From: Myxococcota bacterium
GTDB lineage: Bacteria; Myxococcota_A; Bradymonadia; UBA7976; UBA1532
Assembly (NCBI GenBank): GCA_036337435.1
Contig: JAYZEG010000049.1
Span: 1-61,933, forward strand
Direction of reading: 5' to 3'
DNA: 61,933 bases
Position 1 is the stretch's first letter; every line of letters starts with the position of its first letter. The notes beneath the pieces are model-generated. The model was not told where the DNA came from. It was given only the letters and a program-made list of their open reading frames with translations, and made no database searches. A program made the translations under genes and the position numbers. This document shows, one piece after another, positions 27,192-36,726 of the stretch.

Positions 27192-28691
27192 ATGATGAAC
27201 GAAATCTCAGAGGCTGTTCTCACAGTCTTAGAAGAGTCGAGCAGGCCTTTAAATCAAAAGCGTCTTTTGCGTGCCGTGCTGCTTCTGGAACTCGACGGTG
27301 ACGTGGATGAGGATGCTATTTTAATGGCACTTGATCGGCATTGTGCTGATGGCTTGGTGAAGCAGTCCAGGCCTGGGGTCTATCGGCTGGTCCGGCAGTC
27401 TGGAGGAGGCGTAGCAAGGCGGACGGATGGTCGCCGAACGAGGCGTAAGCGGTCTCGAATGGCTGCCGCTGGAGAGGGCTTTCCTACGGCGCCACTGACC
27501 TTGGACGAAACGGCGGCCATGAGTGCGCAGGCAGCAGGTCGAGAGCAGCTGCGAGATGCCTTGTGGAAGCGGATGACGCGACGTGCAGCCGAGGTCGTCG
27601 GGCAATCTGTGATGACAACTCAAGACATTGACATCGATGACCTAGGTTTGGACCAGGATGAGATGTCCGAACTCGACGCTGGCATCGAGGCTGCTCGTAA
27701 GCTCATCAGGATGCAAGTCTGGGATCAGAAAAAAACAGATGGCTTGGATTCTATGCACGTTGAGGTTGAAACTGATTCACCGAGCGAGCAAATAGAGGAC
27801 GCAGATTTATTCTCTGCTGTGCGCTACGCCGAGCTAGATATCCCGAGGTCCGACGCGCAGCCCTACCGGGAACGACGGAGTGGATTGGGCCAAGACCATG
27901 AGGGCCCAAATCACAGAGAGCCTCGATTAAGAGAGTTTGCATTCGAGGGTCTTACCGCGAGTTCGGTGAGGCATGCGCTTCTCCAAAATGGAGCGTGTAT
28001 GGATCTCGATGCCCTTGGGAAATCTCTTGACGGGCCGTTAACGTCCACGGAGAAGGCTCTGAGAGAAGGAATTGAAGCCCATAATCAGGCGCGTGCTAAT
28101 GCAGGCTTACGGCCACTATTTTATTGGGATGAACGCCAATGTGTCGGCCTGACAGAATGGTCTTGTCCGGATGATTATCTGGTCATCGAACAGGAGTTGT
28201 TGGATGTGGTTGCAAAATTGCGTGAGAGGGTGAGGAGGTCTCTCATCGAGCGTGTGTCAGAGTTGGCGGCGGAGCAGTTTGAGATTTTAGTGCAGATGGT
28301 TTTGTCGCGAATGGGCTTTACGCATTTCAGAACGGTTCACCAGACGGAGGGCGGGCAGCTCATGTTGACCGCCAAACCGGAGCACGACACTGGCGCAGAA
28401 TCAATTACTGTGATCGCGCAGAGAGACTGGACACCCATTGGTGCTTCAACCATTAAGGCTTTGCGGGATAGCCTTGAGTTTTTTAATTCGACTCGTGGCA
28501 TGGTATTGACGGTTGGCACATATACACGGGAGGCAATCGACGTGGCTCTCGAACCAAATTTTACGCCAATTCAACTTCTAGACGGTGAAGTTTGGGCGAA
28601 GTTTTTATACAAACAGCGGCTCGGGGTCGATGTCTTGAATCTTGATGTGTGCTATCCCAGTTCTCAGCTGTATCCCGGAGCAAGTCAGTGA
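27192..28691 (+). CDS. Winged-HTH (HARE-HTH-like) + Mrr-type restriction endonuclease-like domain, catalytically degenerate
   Basis: N-terminal EAVLTVLEESSRPL; internal RPLF...VGLTEW; C-terminal QFEILVQMVLSRMGF...RGMVLTVGTYTREA...IQLLDG...LGV typical of Mrr_cat. Confidence 0.7.
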   Translation: MMNEISEAVLTVLEESSRPLNQKRLLRAVLLLELDGDVDEDAILMALDRHCADGLVKQSRPGVYRLVRQSGGGVARRTDGRRTRRKRSRMAAAGEGFPTAPLTLDETAAMSAQAAGREQLRDALWKRMTRRAAEVVGQSVMTTQDIDIDDLGLDQDEMSELDAGIEAARKLIRMQVWDQKKTDGLDSMHVEVETDSPSEQIEDADLFSAVRYAELDIPRSDAQPYRERRSGLGQDHEGPNHREPRLREFAFEGLTASSVRHALLQNGACMDLDALGKSLDGPLTSTEKALREGIEAHNQARANAGLRPLFYWDERQCVGLTEWSCPDDYLVIEQELLDVVAKLRERVRRSLIERVSELAAEQFEILVQMVLSRMGFTHFRTVHQTEGGQLMLTAKPEHDTGAESITVIAQRDWTPIGASTIKALRDSLEFFNSTRGMVLTVGTYTREAIDVALEPNFTPIQLLDGEVWAKFLYKQRLGVDVLNLDVCYPSSQLYPGASQ

Positions 28692-28748
28692 GTATTCAGA
28701 CTGAAGTGCTCTCTGATACCGTTCGTGTATGGATGATGGATTAGTTTC

Positions 28749-31340
28749 ATGTGGCGGCTCTCATTAGGTAGACGAATTATCCTACTGCTTTCGGCTGCGA
28801 TGCTGTCTGTATTATGGGCTTTTATTCGTATTGGGCCAAACCCAGAAGATGGATTTTCTCAGGTCCAAACACTCGGAGATGTGTCGGCACCCGTTGTAAA
28901 AAGAAATCTGATAAAGCACCTCCTGGTCCGATATGGTCTGACAATTGATGAGGCCAATCTCTTCTTTGTATGGCTTGAAAAACAGCCCATTGGTATCGGT
29001 CAGAGCGGTGTTGCATGGTTTTCCGCCAAGGAGGGTGACAATCGGCTTGCTGACATTTACGCAGCGGATTTTGCCGTGTCTCAGGCAGGGATTCCATTGG
29101 AAATGGATACACCTGTCAATTTGACTAAGACCGACTTTGGCGACGAGCGGATTTTAGATGTGCTGCCCAGCCGAGTTCTCTATAGCATTCCGCTGAATGG
29201 ACGAGTTGAGCGAGTCGTTGAGATGGATTTTGGCCAATCTGCCTCCGACGAGTCTTTTCTCGGTCGACTTATGACCGGTGCGGCCGGCTGGACAAAGTAT
29301 GGACGATGGGGTCGAACGCAGCGTCGTGATGTGGTTCTAGTGGGGCAAATTCAGCGCGTGGATGGTCGGCTTATCGATGATGGGATTGAGCTCGAGTTGA
29401 ACGGTCAAACGGCGTCGGTCAATTTTAGGGCTGGCACGGTGAAACCCGAGGGAGTCGGTCATCTGATCGTCGACGGTCAACCGACGTCTAGCGTTCGACA
29501 ATCGAGGGAAACCATCATAGAGAACACCGCGTTACTCGGACGGGATAGAACCCTTAAAGTGGCATCAATGATGAATGGTCTCACGGGTTGGGTGTCTCGC
29601 TACGTGATGCCCAGGGTCACTGACGCACCGACGTTACGGCTGCAAAGAGCACCCCGACCAGCACTTCTTTGGCCGCCGCCAAACATGAAGGGAAGTGGAC
29701 CTGAGAGCAATGGTGGTGAGGGTGTTTGGCGAGCAAACGGTGACCTCGGTCTTGACGACGCATTGGTTCTGGAAACATTCGTGCATCCAGATGAGCGTCA
29801 TCGCTCTTCAAAAGTCTGGCTCTATGCGTTTGATATGCGTCGCCTCGGTCTCGGATATGTGGCGGGTACGCAGGAACCCGCTACTCAGACCGGTGCGAGA
29901 GGCAGTGGTATGATGCCAAGGTCTCGCCGAAAGCACGTTGTGGCTACAATCAATGGCGGCTTGAGGGGGTCTTATCGTCCTGGTGGCCGGGTCATCGAAA
30001 AAACAACGGTCATTCCACCAAGGGACGGTTTAGCGACGGTGGCACTCCAGTCGGATGGACAGCCTGCCTTCGGTCTTTGGGATGCGGAGAGTTTAGAACC
30101 GCCCTGGACGGTGATGGTTCAAAACCTAGCTCCATTGGTCGTCAAAGGGCGTTCAATCCCGAACGAGAAAAACGGTTGGGGGCAAAGCGTATCTGAGCTT
30201 GATGGGCGTAAAGTTGCACGGACAGGCCTTGGTGTGACCGAAGCCGGAATTGTGATTTATGCCTGGTCTGACGGAGTGACCGCCATCGGACTAGCGGAGG
30301 CCTTTCGCTTGGCTGGTGCTGATTTCGCGATGCATCTTGGACTGGGCCTCGAAGGCAATGGTGTTGGCCTTTTCCAGACGGGGCTCGACGGCGGGCAGCC
30401 CATCGTGCCACATGTGAAGATGAATCCTGATTTAGCGGCTCTCAAGACCCGCGCAACCGATGAGTTTTTCTATTTCTACAAGAGTGGTCGCTTAGCGCAT
30501 TTTTTAGCTGAACGGGCCGAGCAGGCAAAGAACGAGAATTGGCAGATTTTGCAAGATGTACAAGGCATGCCCTTTGTCGCTCGTTCTCACCGGCAAATGG
30601 ACGGAGACAAGGATGTCGGCAAAATGACACTGTACGCCATAAGCAGTGAGTTGGCTCGTCCCCATTTTGTTCCAGGTCTGGCCGAGGAACGTCCTGAAAG
30701 AGTCGATTCGCGCGGAACCCTTGATCTTCCAGGTGTCCCAGTTTTCTCCATCGGCGTGGGGATGCGTGCACCCAATAGCCCATTTGGATTGACGGTGGAG
30801 CGTCGGGTTTGGAAGACAAGTCAAACTGGCATCATGACCTTGGTTGTAGATGCTGATGGTGAACTATCCGTTGGCCGATATGGAGAAAGTACCGTTGACC
30901 CATCAATTCGCTGGAGTGTTTTGGTTCAGGGCGTTGCCTTGGTAGAAGGGGGCCGATTGGCTGATGGGGCTATCGGTCAGACGGAACGGCCTGCGGTTGC
31001 CCTTGGAACAACCCAGCATGGCCTTCTGGTTTTTGGGGTCTCTGAACGCGGCAATATGCGAGCTCTCGCTGAGTCGTTAAGAGACGTGGGTGTCGGTGAT
31101 GCACTTTTGCTCGGCCAAGTTGGAACCGCGGGTACTGGACAGGTCAAACTGTTCTTTGAGCGACAAGCCGAAGACGGTACGACGTCGCTCTACACCACAG
31201 ACGGAACGCGTCCAACATTGATGCCGGCCGATTTTAGCCCGATCGCGGGTTCGTCATTTTTTTTGACGGTTCGTAAGCCAAAACCGTCGGCCCGGGTTGT
31301 CTCCACTTTTTTGAGGGTACGTCTGTCTCGAAACAAGTAG
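28749..31340 (+). CDS. Membrane-anchored protein with phosphodiester glycosidase (NAGPA/DUF2233)-like domains
   Basis: N-terminal TM; VATINGG, VQNLAPLVVKG, ARTGLGVT, LAEAFRLAGADFAMHL; second degenerate copy QGVALVEGG...ALGTT...LAESLRDVGV. Confidence 0.6.
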   Translation: MWRLSLGRRIILLLSAAMLSVLWAFIRIGPNPEDGFSQVQTLGDVSAPVVKRNLIKHLLVRYGLTIDEANLFFVWLEKQPIGIGQSGVAWFSAKEGDNRLADIYAADFAVSQAGIPLEMDTPVNLTKTDFGDERILDVLPSRVLYSIPLNGRVERVVEMDFGQSASDESFLGRLMTGAAGWTKYGRWGRTQRRDVVLVGQIQRVDGRLIDDGIELELNGQTASVNFRAGTVKPEGVGHLIVDGQPTSSVRQSRETIIENTALLGRDRTLKVASMMNGLTGWVSRYVMPRVTDAPTLRLQRAPRPALLWPPPNMKGSGPESNGGEGVWRANGDLGLDDALVLETFVHPDERHRSSKVWLYAFDMRRLGLGYVAGTQEPATQTGARGSGMMPRSRRKHVVATINGGLRGSYRPGGRVIEKTTVIPPRDGLATVALQSDGQPAFGLWDAESLEPPWTVMVQNLAPLVVKGRSIPNEKNGWGQSVSELDGRKVARTGLGVTEAGIVIYAWSDGVTAIGLAEAFRLAGADFAMHLGLGLEGNGVGLFQTGLDGGQPIVPHVKMNPDLAALKTRATDEFFYFYKSGRLAHFLAERAEQAKNENWQILQDVQGMPFVARSHRQMDGDKDVGKMTLYAISSELARPHFVPGLAEERPERVDSRGTLDLPGVPVFSIGVGMRAPNSPFGLTVERRVWKTSQTGIMTLVVDADGELSVGRYGESTVDPSIRWSVLVQGVALVEGGRLADGAIGQTERPAVALGTTQHGLLVFGVSERGNMRALAESLRDVGVGDALLLGQVGTAGTGQVKLFFERQAEDGTTSLYTTDGTRPTLMPADFSPIAGSSFFLTVRKPKPSARVVSTFLRVRLSRNK

Positions 31341-31366
31341 AAGTGCCATTCTTTTGATCGATAAAT

Positions 31367-31395
31367 TTGCTTCGTCGACTAGAGCATAATATCCT
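31367..31395 (+). promoter_or_regulatory. Sigma70-type promoter of small secreted protein gene
   Basis: TTGCTT-17bp-TATCCT. Confidence 0.5.
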
Positions 31396-31408
31396 ACATG
31401 TAGGATAT
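31389..31408. promoter_or_regulatory. Perfect 20-bp palindrome, putative operator
   Basis: ATATCCTACA|TGTAGGATAT overlapping the -10 box and predicted start site. Confidence 0.65.
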
Positions 31409-31429
31409 ATTGTTCGCGGGAATTTAGTG

Positions 31430-31693
31430 ATGAAGTATTTGTTGACTCTCAGTCTCTTTTTAACCCCTTTCGCATTGCATGCCAATGGACCGTCTACGCC
31501 GACAGTCGCTCAGCTTGATAAGGCAGTTGAGTCGATGGAGATGCCTAGACTTGAGGCGCGCCTAAAGGCCAGGGCTGCTGCCTATCGCTTGTTTCACAAG
31601 ACTGTAATGAGGCTAGGGTTTGGTCATGACCTTGTCCAACATCGTACCCTAGATGGCAAAGAGTTCGCGGCTGCCAAGCCAGCGGGTCGTTAG
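31430..31693 (+). CDS. Small secreted hypothetical protein (87 aa)
   Basis: Signal peptide MKYLLTLSLFLTPFALHA-N. Confidence 0.6.
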   Translation: MKYLLTLSLFLTPFALHANGPSTPTVAQLDKAVESMEMPRLEARLKARAAAYRLFHKTVMRLGFGHDLVQHRTLDGKEFAAAKPAGR

Positions 31694-31754
31694 CCGATTC
31701 CTTTACTTCAATGAGTGTCTAGTATTGTTGTCCTGACTGTACTAGCCTACGCTC

Positions 31755-32645
31755 ATGGCAATACTCAGCATGACAGGTTTCGGCCGCGCGTCTCTTGCCT
31801 TCGAGGGGCGGGATTATGCGGTTGAGATAAAGACTGTAAATCACCGTTATTTAGACTGCCGAGTGAAGCTTCCTAGGGCTTTGGCTTCGGCGGAGAGTTC
31901 GCTGAGAGCTCAGGTCGGGTCCTGCGTCCAGCGTGGACGCGTGGAACTCTCTATCCAATCCATCGGTAGTGGAGACATTGAGTATCAAGATGTCAGTGTT
32001 GATTTTGCATTGGCCGAGGGGGTGTTGAATGCCCATAAGGCACTTGCGTCAAGGCTGGGGGTTGATCTGAACTGCACATCGAAGGAACTCGCCGCTTATC
32101 CGGGCGTAGTGCGCAGCAGCACCGTTGAATTTGATGAGGGTAGCGTTGCTGACTTTGCCCATCAATTGACGGCACCTGCACTCGTCGCATTACGTGATAT
32201 GAGAGCGAACGAGGGTCAACGCTTGGACGGGCTGATTCGTGGCCACTTGGACACCTTGCGGACTCTGACGGCGCAATTAAACCAACATGCGCCAGAAATA
32301 GTAGGACGATACAAGGAACGTCTTGAAAATCGAATCACGGGATTTCTCGAGAGTCGCGAGGTTGACGTGGATGAAACGCGTCTGATCCAGGAAGTGGCCA
32401 TATTTTCGGAAAAGGTTGATGTGGCCGAAGAGCTGGGGCGGCTTGCGGCTCATTTCTCTCATTTCGATCGCCTCTTGTCGTCAGACGAGGCGGTTGGGCG
32501 TCGGATGGACTTTCTCTGCCAAGAGATTCTTCGCGAGGCCAATACGGTTGGTAGCAAAGCACAGGCTGTCGAAATGACTGAATGCGTGGTTGCGATCAAA
32601 GCAGAATTAGAGCGTCTTCGGGAACAAGTACAAAATGTGGAGTGA
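31755..32645 (+). CDS. yicC: YicC/YloC family endoribonuclease
   Basis: SMTGFGR, VNHRYLD, DVAEELGRL, GRRMDFLCQE, REANTVGSK, REQVQNVE. Confidence 0.95.
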   Translation: MAILSMTGFGRASLAFEGRDYAVEIKTVNHRYLDCRVKLPRALASAESSLRAQVGSCVQRGRVELSIQSIGSGDIEYQDVSVDFALAEGVLNAHKALASRLGVDLNCTSKELAAYPGVVRSSTVEFDEGSVADFAHQLTAPALVALRDMRANEGQRLDGLIRGHLDTLRTLTAQLNQHAPEIVGRYKERLENRITGFLESREVDVDETRLIQEVAIFSEKVDVAEELGRLAAHFSHFDRLLSSDEAVGRRMDFLCQEILREANTVGSKAQAVEMTECVVAIKAELERLREQVQNVE

Positions 32646-32648
32646 ACG

Positions 32649-33239
32649 TTGGTTCTTTTGATCTTAGCTGCCGTGAGTGGGACAGGTAAGTCGACGATCG
32701 CGCGGGAATTATTGCGTCGGCAAAGCCGATTAAAACTGTCGGTGAGTCACACGACTAGGCAGAAGAGAGGCGGCGAGACCAATGGGATTGATTATCATTT
32801 TGTAAGTCGCGCAGACTTCGACACCATCGTGGCTAAAAATGGTTTCGCTGAGTGGGCAGAGTACGTTGGGAATGCTTACGGTACAGCGAAGAAGACCATC
32901 GAGAACGCGGACGCCAATTCTTTCGATTTAGTTTTTGATATCGAAATTCAAGGGGCGCGGCAGCTCAAGGCTCAGTATCCAGATGCCGTCATGATTTTTC
33001 TACTGCCGCCTGATTGGGTTGAGGTACGGCGGCGATTGGAGTCGAGGGGAACGGATGATGCAGCAACCGTTGAAAAACGGTTGCAACGCGGCCAAGCGGA
33101 AATGGCATCGGCAAGTGAGTTTGACTATTTAGTGGTGAACGAGAACCTGGACCAAGCCGTCAGCGATGTTGAGGCGATCTATCGGGCTGCGAGGCTTCGA
33201 GTCAGTCAGCAGTCCGGACACCTTGACAGGCTCCTTTAA
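32649..33239 (+). CDS. gmk: Guanylate kinase
   Basis: SGTGKST, SVSHTTR, YHFVS, YGT, DIEIQGA, FDYLVVN. Confidence 0.95.
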   Translation: MVLLILAAVSGTGKSTIARELLRRQSRLKLSVSHTTRQKRGGETNGIDYHFVSRADFDTIVAKNGFAEWAEYVGNAYGTAKKTIENADANSFDLVFDIEIQGARQLKAQYPDAVMIFLLPPDWVEVRRRLESRGTDDAATVEKRLQRGQAEMASASEFDYLVVNENLDQAVSDVEAIYRAARLRVSQQSGHLDRLL

Positions 33240-33323
33240 ATACACGAACGGCAAGGGATGATGATTCTGGTATCGTTGTCTTGTAATGTTCGCCCAGAGT
33301 TCGAGAAGGATGACCAACTGTAG

Positions 33324-35480
33324 ATGATTAGGTTAGACGACGTCATTGGGGAGCTGTCCCGACACCACCAAGACGCGGACGTTGATTTGGTGCGTCGTGC
33401 GTATATTTTCAGTGCTCAAGCTCATCGTGGACAAGTTCGTACGAATGGAGAGCCGTATCTGACGCAGCCCCTAGAAGTAGCCTACATCGTCGCGCAATTA
33501 AGGCTCGATACAGCCTCCGTCTGCGCGGGGCTTCTTCATGACACTGTGGAAGATACAAAAGCGACTGAGGAAGACATCAAGGAGCAATTTGGGGACGATA
33601 TCTCGTTCTTGGTTCATGGTCTGACTAAATTGGAGAAAATCAACTTTCACAGCGCGGAGGAGGCTCAAGCGGAAAATTTCCGTAAGATGCTCATTGCGAT
33701 GAGTCGTGACCTTAGGGTCATACTGGTCAAATTGTCTGACCGCTTGCATAATATGCGCACCCTTCGTTTCTTGAGGGAAGAAAAACAGAAGCGAATCGCT
33801 CGCGAAACCTTGGATATTTATGCGCCTCTGGCCAATCGGCTTGGGATTAACTGGATTAAGACCGAGCTGGAAGATCAATGCTTCAAATATCTGTATCCCG
33901 TTGAATATAAAAAGCTTGCTGAGCAGATCAAACGGACGCGTGCGGAGAGAGAGCAATACATTGAACGCGTGATCTCATCCATATGTAATGAACTGCCCGA
34001 CGGATTGACCCCAAAGGTCACGGGTCGGCCGAAGCATCTTTGGTCAATTCGACAGAAAATGCAGCAGAGTGGGCGTGATTTGGATAGTCTTTTCGACATT
34101 CTGGCCTTCAGGATTATCGTCGACGAAGTCTCTGAATGTTATGAAGCTCTTGGGGCGGTTCACAGCATTTGGAAGCCAGTACCCGGTCGATTTAAGGACT
34201 ACGTGGCCCTTCCCAAAGAAAATAATTATCAATCGCTTCATACCGCCGGGATGGGCCCAGAGAATGAACGGATCGAACTGCAGATCAGAACGCAGGAGAT
34301 GCACCGTGTCGCCGAGTTTGGGGTTGCCGCCCACTGGTCTTACAAGGAGGGTCAGTATGGCATGAGTGGCGGAGACGGGGACGCCCGGTTCGCGTGGCTA
34401 CGGCAACTTTTGGAATGGCAGAAGGACTTGACAGATCCAACTGACTTTATGGAAACCGTTAAAGTCGACCTGTTCGCGAACGAAGTCTACGTATTCACGC
34501 CAGGTGGGGAAGTTAGAGCCTTTCCCCGCGGCGCGACGCCCATCGATTTCGCCTATGCCATCCACACCGGACTGGGTCACGAGTGCACGGGGGCGCGCGT
34601 GAATGGCAGTCAGGTTTCACTTAAATATGAACTTCAGAACGGCGACGTCATCGAAATTCAGCGCACGCGTGGAAGTAAGCCAAAACCCCACTGGACCCAA
34701 ATTGTCAAGACAGGTCGAGCGGCGACCAAAATTCGGTCATTCTTACGACAGGAGGAAAATGCGCGCGCAGCTCAGATCGGTCAGGAAGTATTCGAGCGAG
34801 AAATCCGGCGTTACGGCCTATCGACCAACAAGCTTCGTAAGAGCGGGCAATTAGAGACGGGTCTACGGAAACTTAAGCTAAAAAATGAACGTGAGCTATT
34901 CGTCTCCCTTGGCTATGGAAAGAGTCGGACGGAGATCATCTTAGATGCATTTCTACCGAAAGAACTCGTTGAAGAAGCCCCCCCGGAACCAACGGAGACA
35001 ACCCTACAGAAGATTGTAAAGAAGGTTCTTCCAAAGAGTAAGGGTGGTATTATTGTCGATGGTTTAGATGGCCTCGCGCTTCATTTTCCGCGATGCTGCT
35101 CTCCCGTTAAAGGCGATAAAATTCTCGGTTTCATCTCAGCTGGCAAAGGAGTTGTAATCCACCGGATCGATTGTAATCGCGTTCTTGATTACGATCCGGC
35201 GCGTCGGGTTGACGCACGATGGGATGGAGGCAGCAAGCAAGAACGGCCTGTCGAAATCCGAATCAGGAGTCAAGACGTGCCGGGCCTTTTGGCGAACATC
35301 AGCCAATCCTTTCACAATGCGGGCGTTAATATTACGTCGGTCAATTGCAAAACCAGTGCAGATGGCCGAGCTATCAATAACTTTACGGTTTTGATCGCTG
35401 ATATCGAGCAGCTGAAACGGGTCATCAAGATGATCGCTCGCATCGACGGTGTGACACTGGTTGAACGAGTCTCCGATTAG
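33324..35480 (+). CDS. rel: Long RelA/SpoT homologue (HD-SYNTH-TGS-ZFD-ACT)
   Basis: LHDTVED, DRLHNMRT, GRPKH, RFKDY, YQSLH, ELQIRT, TPIDFAYAIH, RCCSP, C-terminal ACT domain. Confidence 0.96.
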   Translation: MIRLDDVIGELSRHHQDADVDLVRRAYIFSAQAHRGQVRTNGEPYLTQPLEVAYIVAQLRLDTASVCAGLLHDTVEDTKATEEDIKEQFGDDISFLVHGLTKLEKINFHSAEEAQAENFRKMLIAMSRDLRVILVKLSDRLHNMRTLRFLREEKQKRIARETLDIYAPLANRLGINWIKTELEDQCFKYLYPVEYKKLAEQIKRTRAEREQYIERVISSICNELPDGLTPKVTGRPKHLWSIRQKMQQSGRDLDSLFDILAFRIIVDEVSECYEALGAVHSIWKPVPGRFKDYVALPKENNYQSLHTAGMGPENERIELQIRTQEMHRVAEFGVAAHWSYKEGQYGMSGGDGDARFAWLRQLLEWQKDLTDPTDFMETVKVDLFANEVYVFTPGGEVRAFPRGATPIDFAYAIHTGLGHECTGARVNGSQVSLKYELQNGDVIEIQRTRGSKPKPHWTQIVKTGRAATKIRSFLRQEENARAAQIGQEVFEREIRRYGLSTNKLRKSGQLETGLRKLKLKNERELFVSLGYGKSRTEIILDAFLPKELVEEAPPEPTETTLQKIVKKVLPKSKGGIIVDGLDGLALHFPRCCSPVKGDKILGFISAGKGVVIHRIDCNRVLDYDPARRVDARWDGGSKQERPVEIRIRSQDVPGLLANISQSFHNAGVNITSVNCKTSADGRAINNFTVLIADIEQLKRVIKMIARIDGVTLVERVSD

Positions 35481-35485
35481 GGCTG

Positions 35486-36619
35486 TTATTCGAAGTAGGT
35501 CGGCATCCCCCGCGCCGTATTCAGGGCGTCTTCATCCACCTGGCTAAGACCTGTTGCACCCCAAAATAATCGCAGAGCATTTTGTGTGTAGATTTTCCGC
35601 AGAACGGCTTGAGGTAGACCGATGGCATCGATTTTCCAGCGGCCTTGAATCGGCGTCGGATGCTTGATCTGTTTCGAGTGGGTCTCAAACCATTGAATAT
35701 GTTGGCCAAGAAAGTGAAAGATGTCGATGATTTTGGGTCGGTCACGGCCAACTGACCCAAGCATGATTCCACCGTTTGAAAAACCGAGGTCTGTTCCGAA
35801 AAGAATTCGATCTTGGTGTTTGATGAACAACCTTCGGATCGCGGCAGCCTCGTGCCGTCCGAGCTCTGGCACTCGCGCGGCGATGTCAACATAAAGATTT
35901 GGGTAGCGGTCGAGCCAGCGATCTACGATGGCCGGGTCTTCGGGATTATTTGCGAAGTGAACGCCGATGAAAGTGGTTTTTGGATGTTTGCCGAAGACCC
36001 TGTTCCTGGCATTCAACAATTGGTGTCGACGAGGGTATTTTGTATCAGAAAAAGACCACCCAGGGTGCAAGCTGAGCTCATCATGTCGCTCGTTATGCTC
36101 ATCAGCAGGCTCAAAAAAAGCTTTCGGGTCTCCAGTGTGAATAAAGACGGGCATCCCTAGTTGACCCGCTGCCCCCCAAATAGGGTCTAGGCGAGGGTCA
36201 TCAACTTTGAGTAGTTTCGATGGTGATGTTGGGTCTGGAATGTACAGGCCAAGTGCCTTCGAGATTTTGAGGCACGACGCGCCGATGGCCTTTGCTTTAT
36301 GAAGCATCTTGACCTGCATCTCAAAGAAATGGGGCGTGTCAATATCGCGCCAAGCGATGGTCGCACAAACTTTGATTCGAGTCTCAAAGGGCTGAGCGGC
36401 ACCGAGTGCTTCGTCGAGCCCAAAACCGGGCTGGCCACCGGATAGATTGATGAAGCGCGTAACGCCAAATGACGTGAGGATGTCATCGAGCAGTGCATAG
36501 TGTTTTGGCCCGGTGTGTACGTGGACATCGATAATGCCTCGCGATGGTGGATTCGCCAACAGACGTCCGCTCCAAGACAGGGCCAAAACAATGAGGATAG
36601 GGGTTACGAACGGTCTCAT
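35486..36619 (-). CDS. Secreted amidohydrolase (Amidohydro_2 family)
   Basis: Signal peptide; IDVHVH, PVFIHTGDP, IGVHF, VDIAARVPELG, LFGTD, NALRL. Confidence 0.85.
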   Translation of the reverse strand: MRPFVTPILIVLALSWSGRLLANPPSRGIIDVHVHTGPKHYALLDDILTSFGVTRFINLSGGQPGFGLDEALGAAQPFETRIKVCATIAWRDIDTPHFFEMQVKMLHKAKAIGASCLKISKALGLYIPDPTSPSKLLKVDDPRLDPIWGAAGQLGMPVFIHTGDPKAFFEPADEHNERHDELSLHPGWSFSDTKYPRRHQLLNARNRVFGKHPKTTFIGVHFANNPEDPAIVDRWLDRYPNLYVDIAARVPELGRHEAAAIRRLFIKHQDRILFGTDLGFSNGGIMLGSVGRDRPKIIDIFHFLGQHIQWFETHSKQIKHPTPIQGRWKIDAIGLPQAVLRKIYTQNALRLFWGATGLSQVDEDALNTARGMPTYFE

Positions 36620-36726
36620 AATCGGGGTGACCTCCGCGTGTTTTTTACCTCATGCCACGCGGCACGTCTACGGATCGGTTACGGACCCCTTGCGGCGAGC
36701 CGGTCTCGACTTTATAACTGGGCCTC

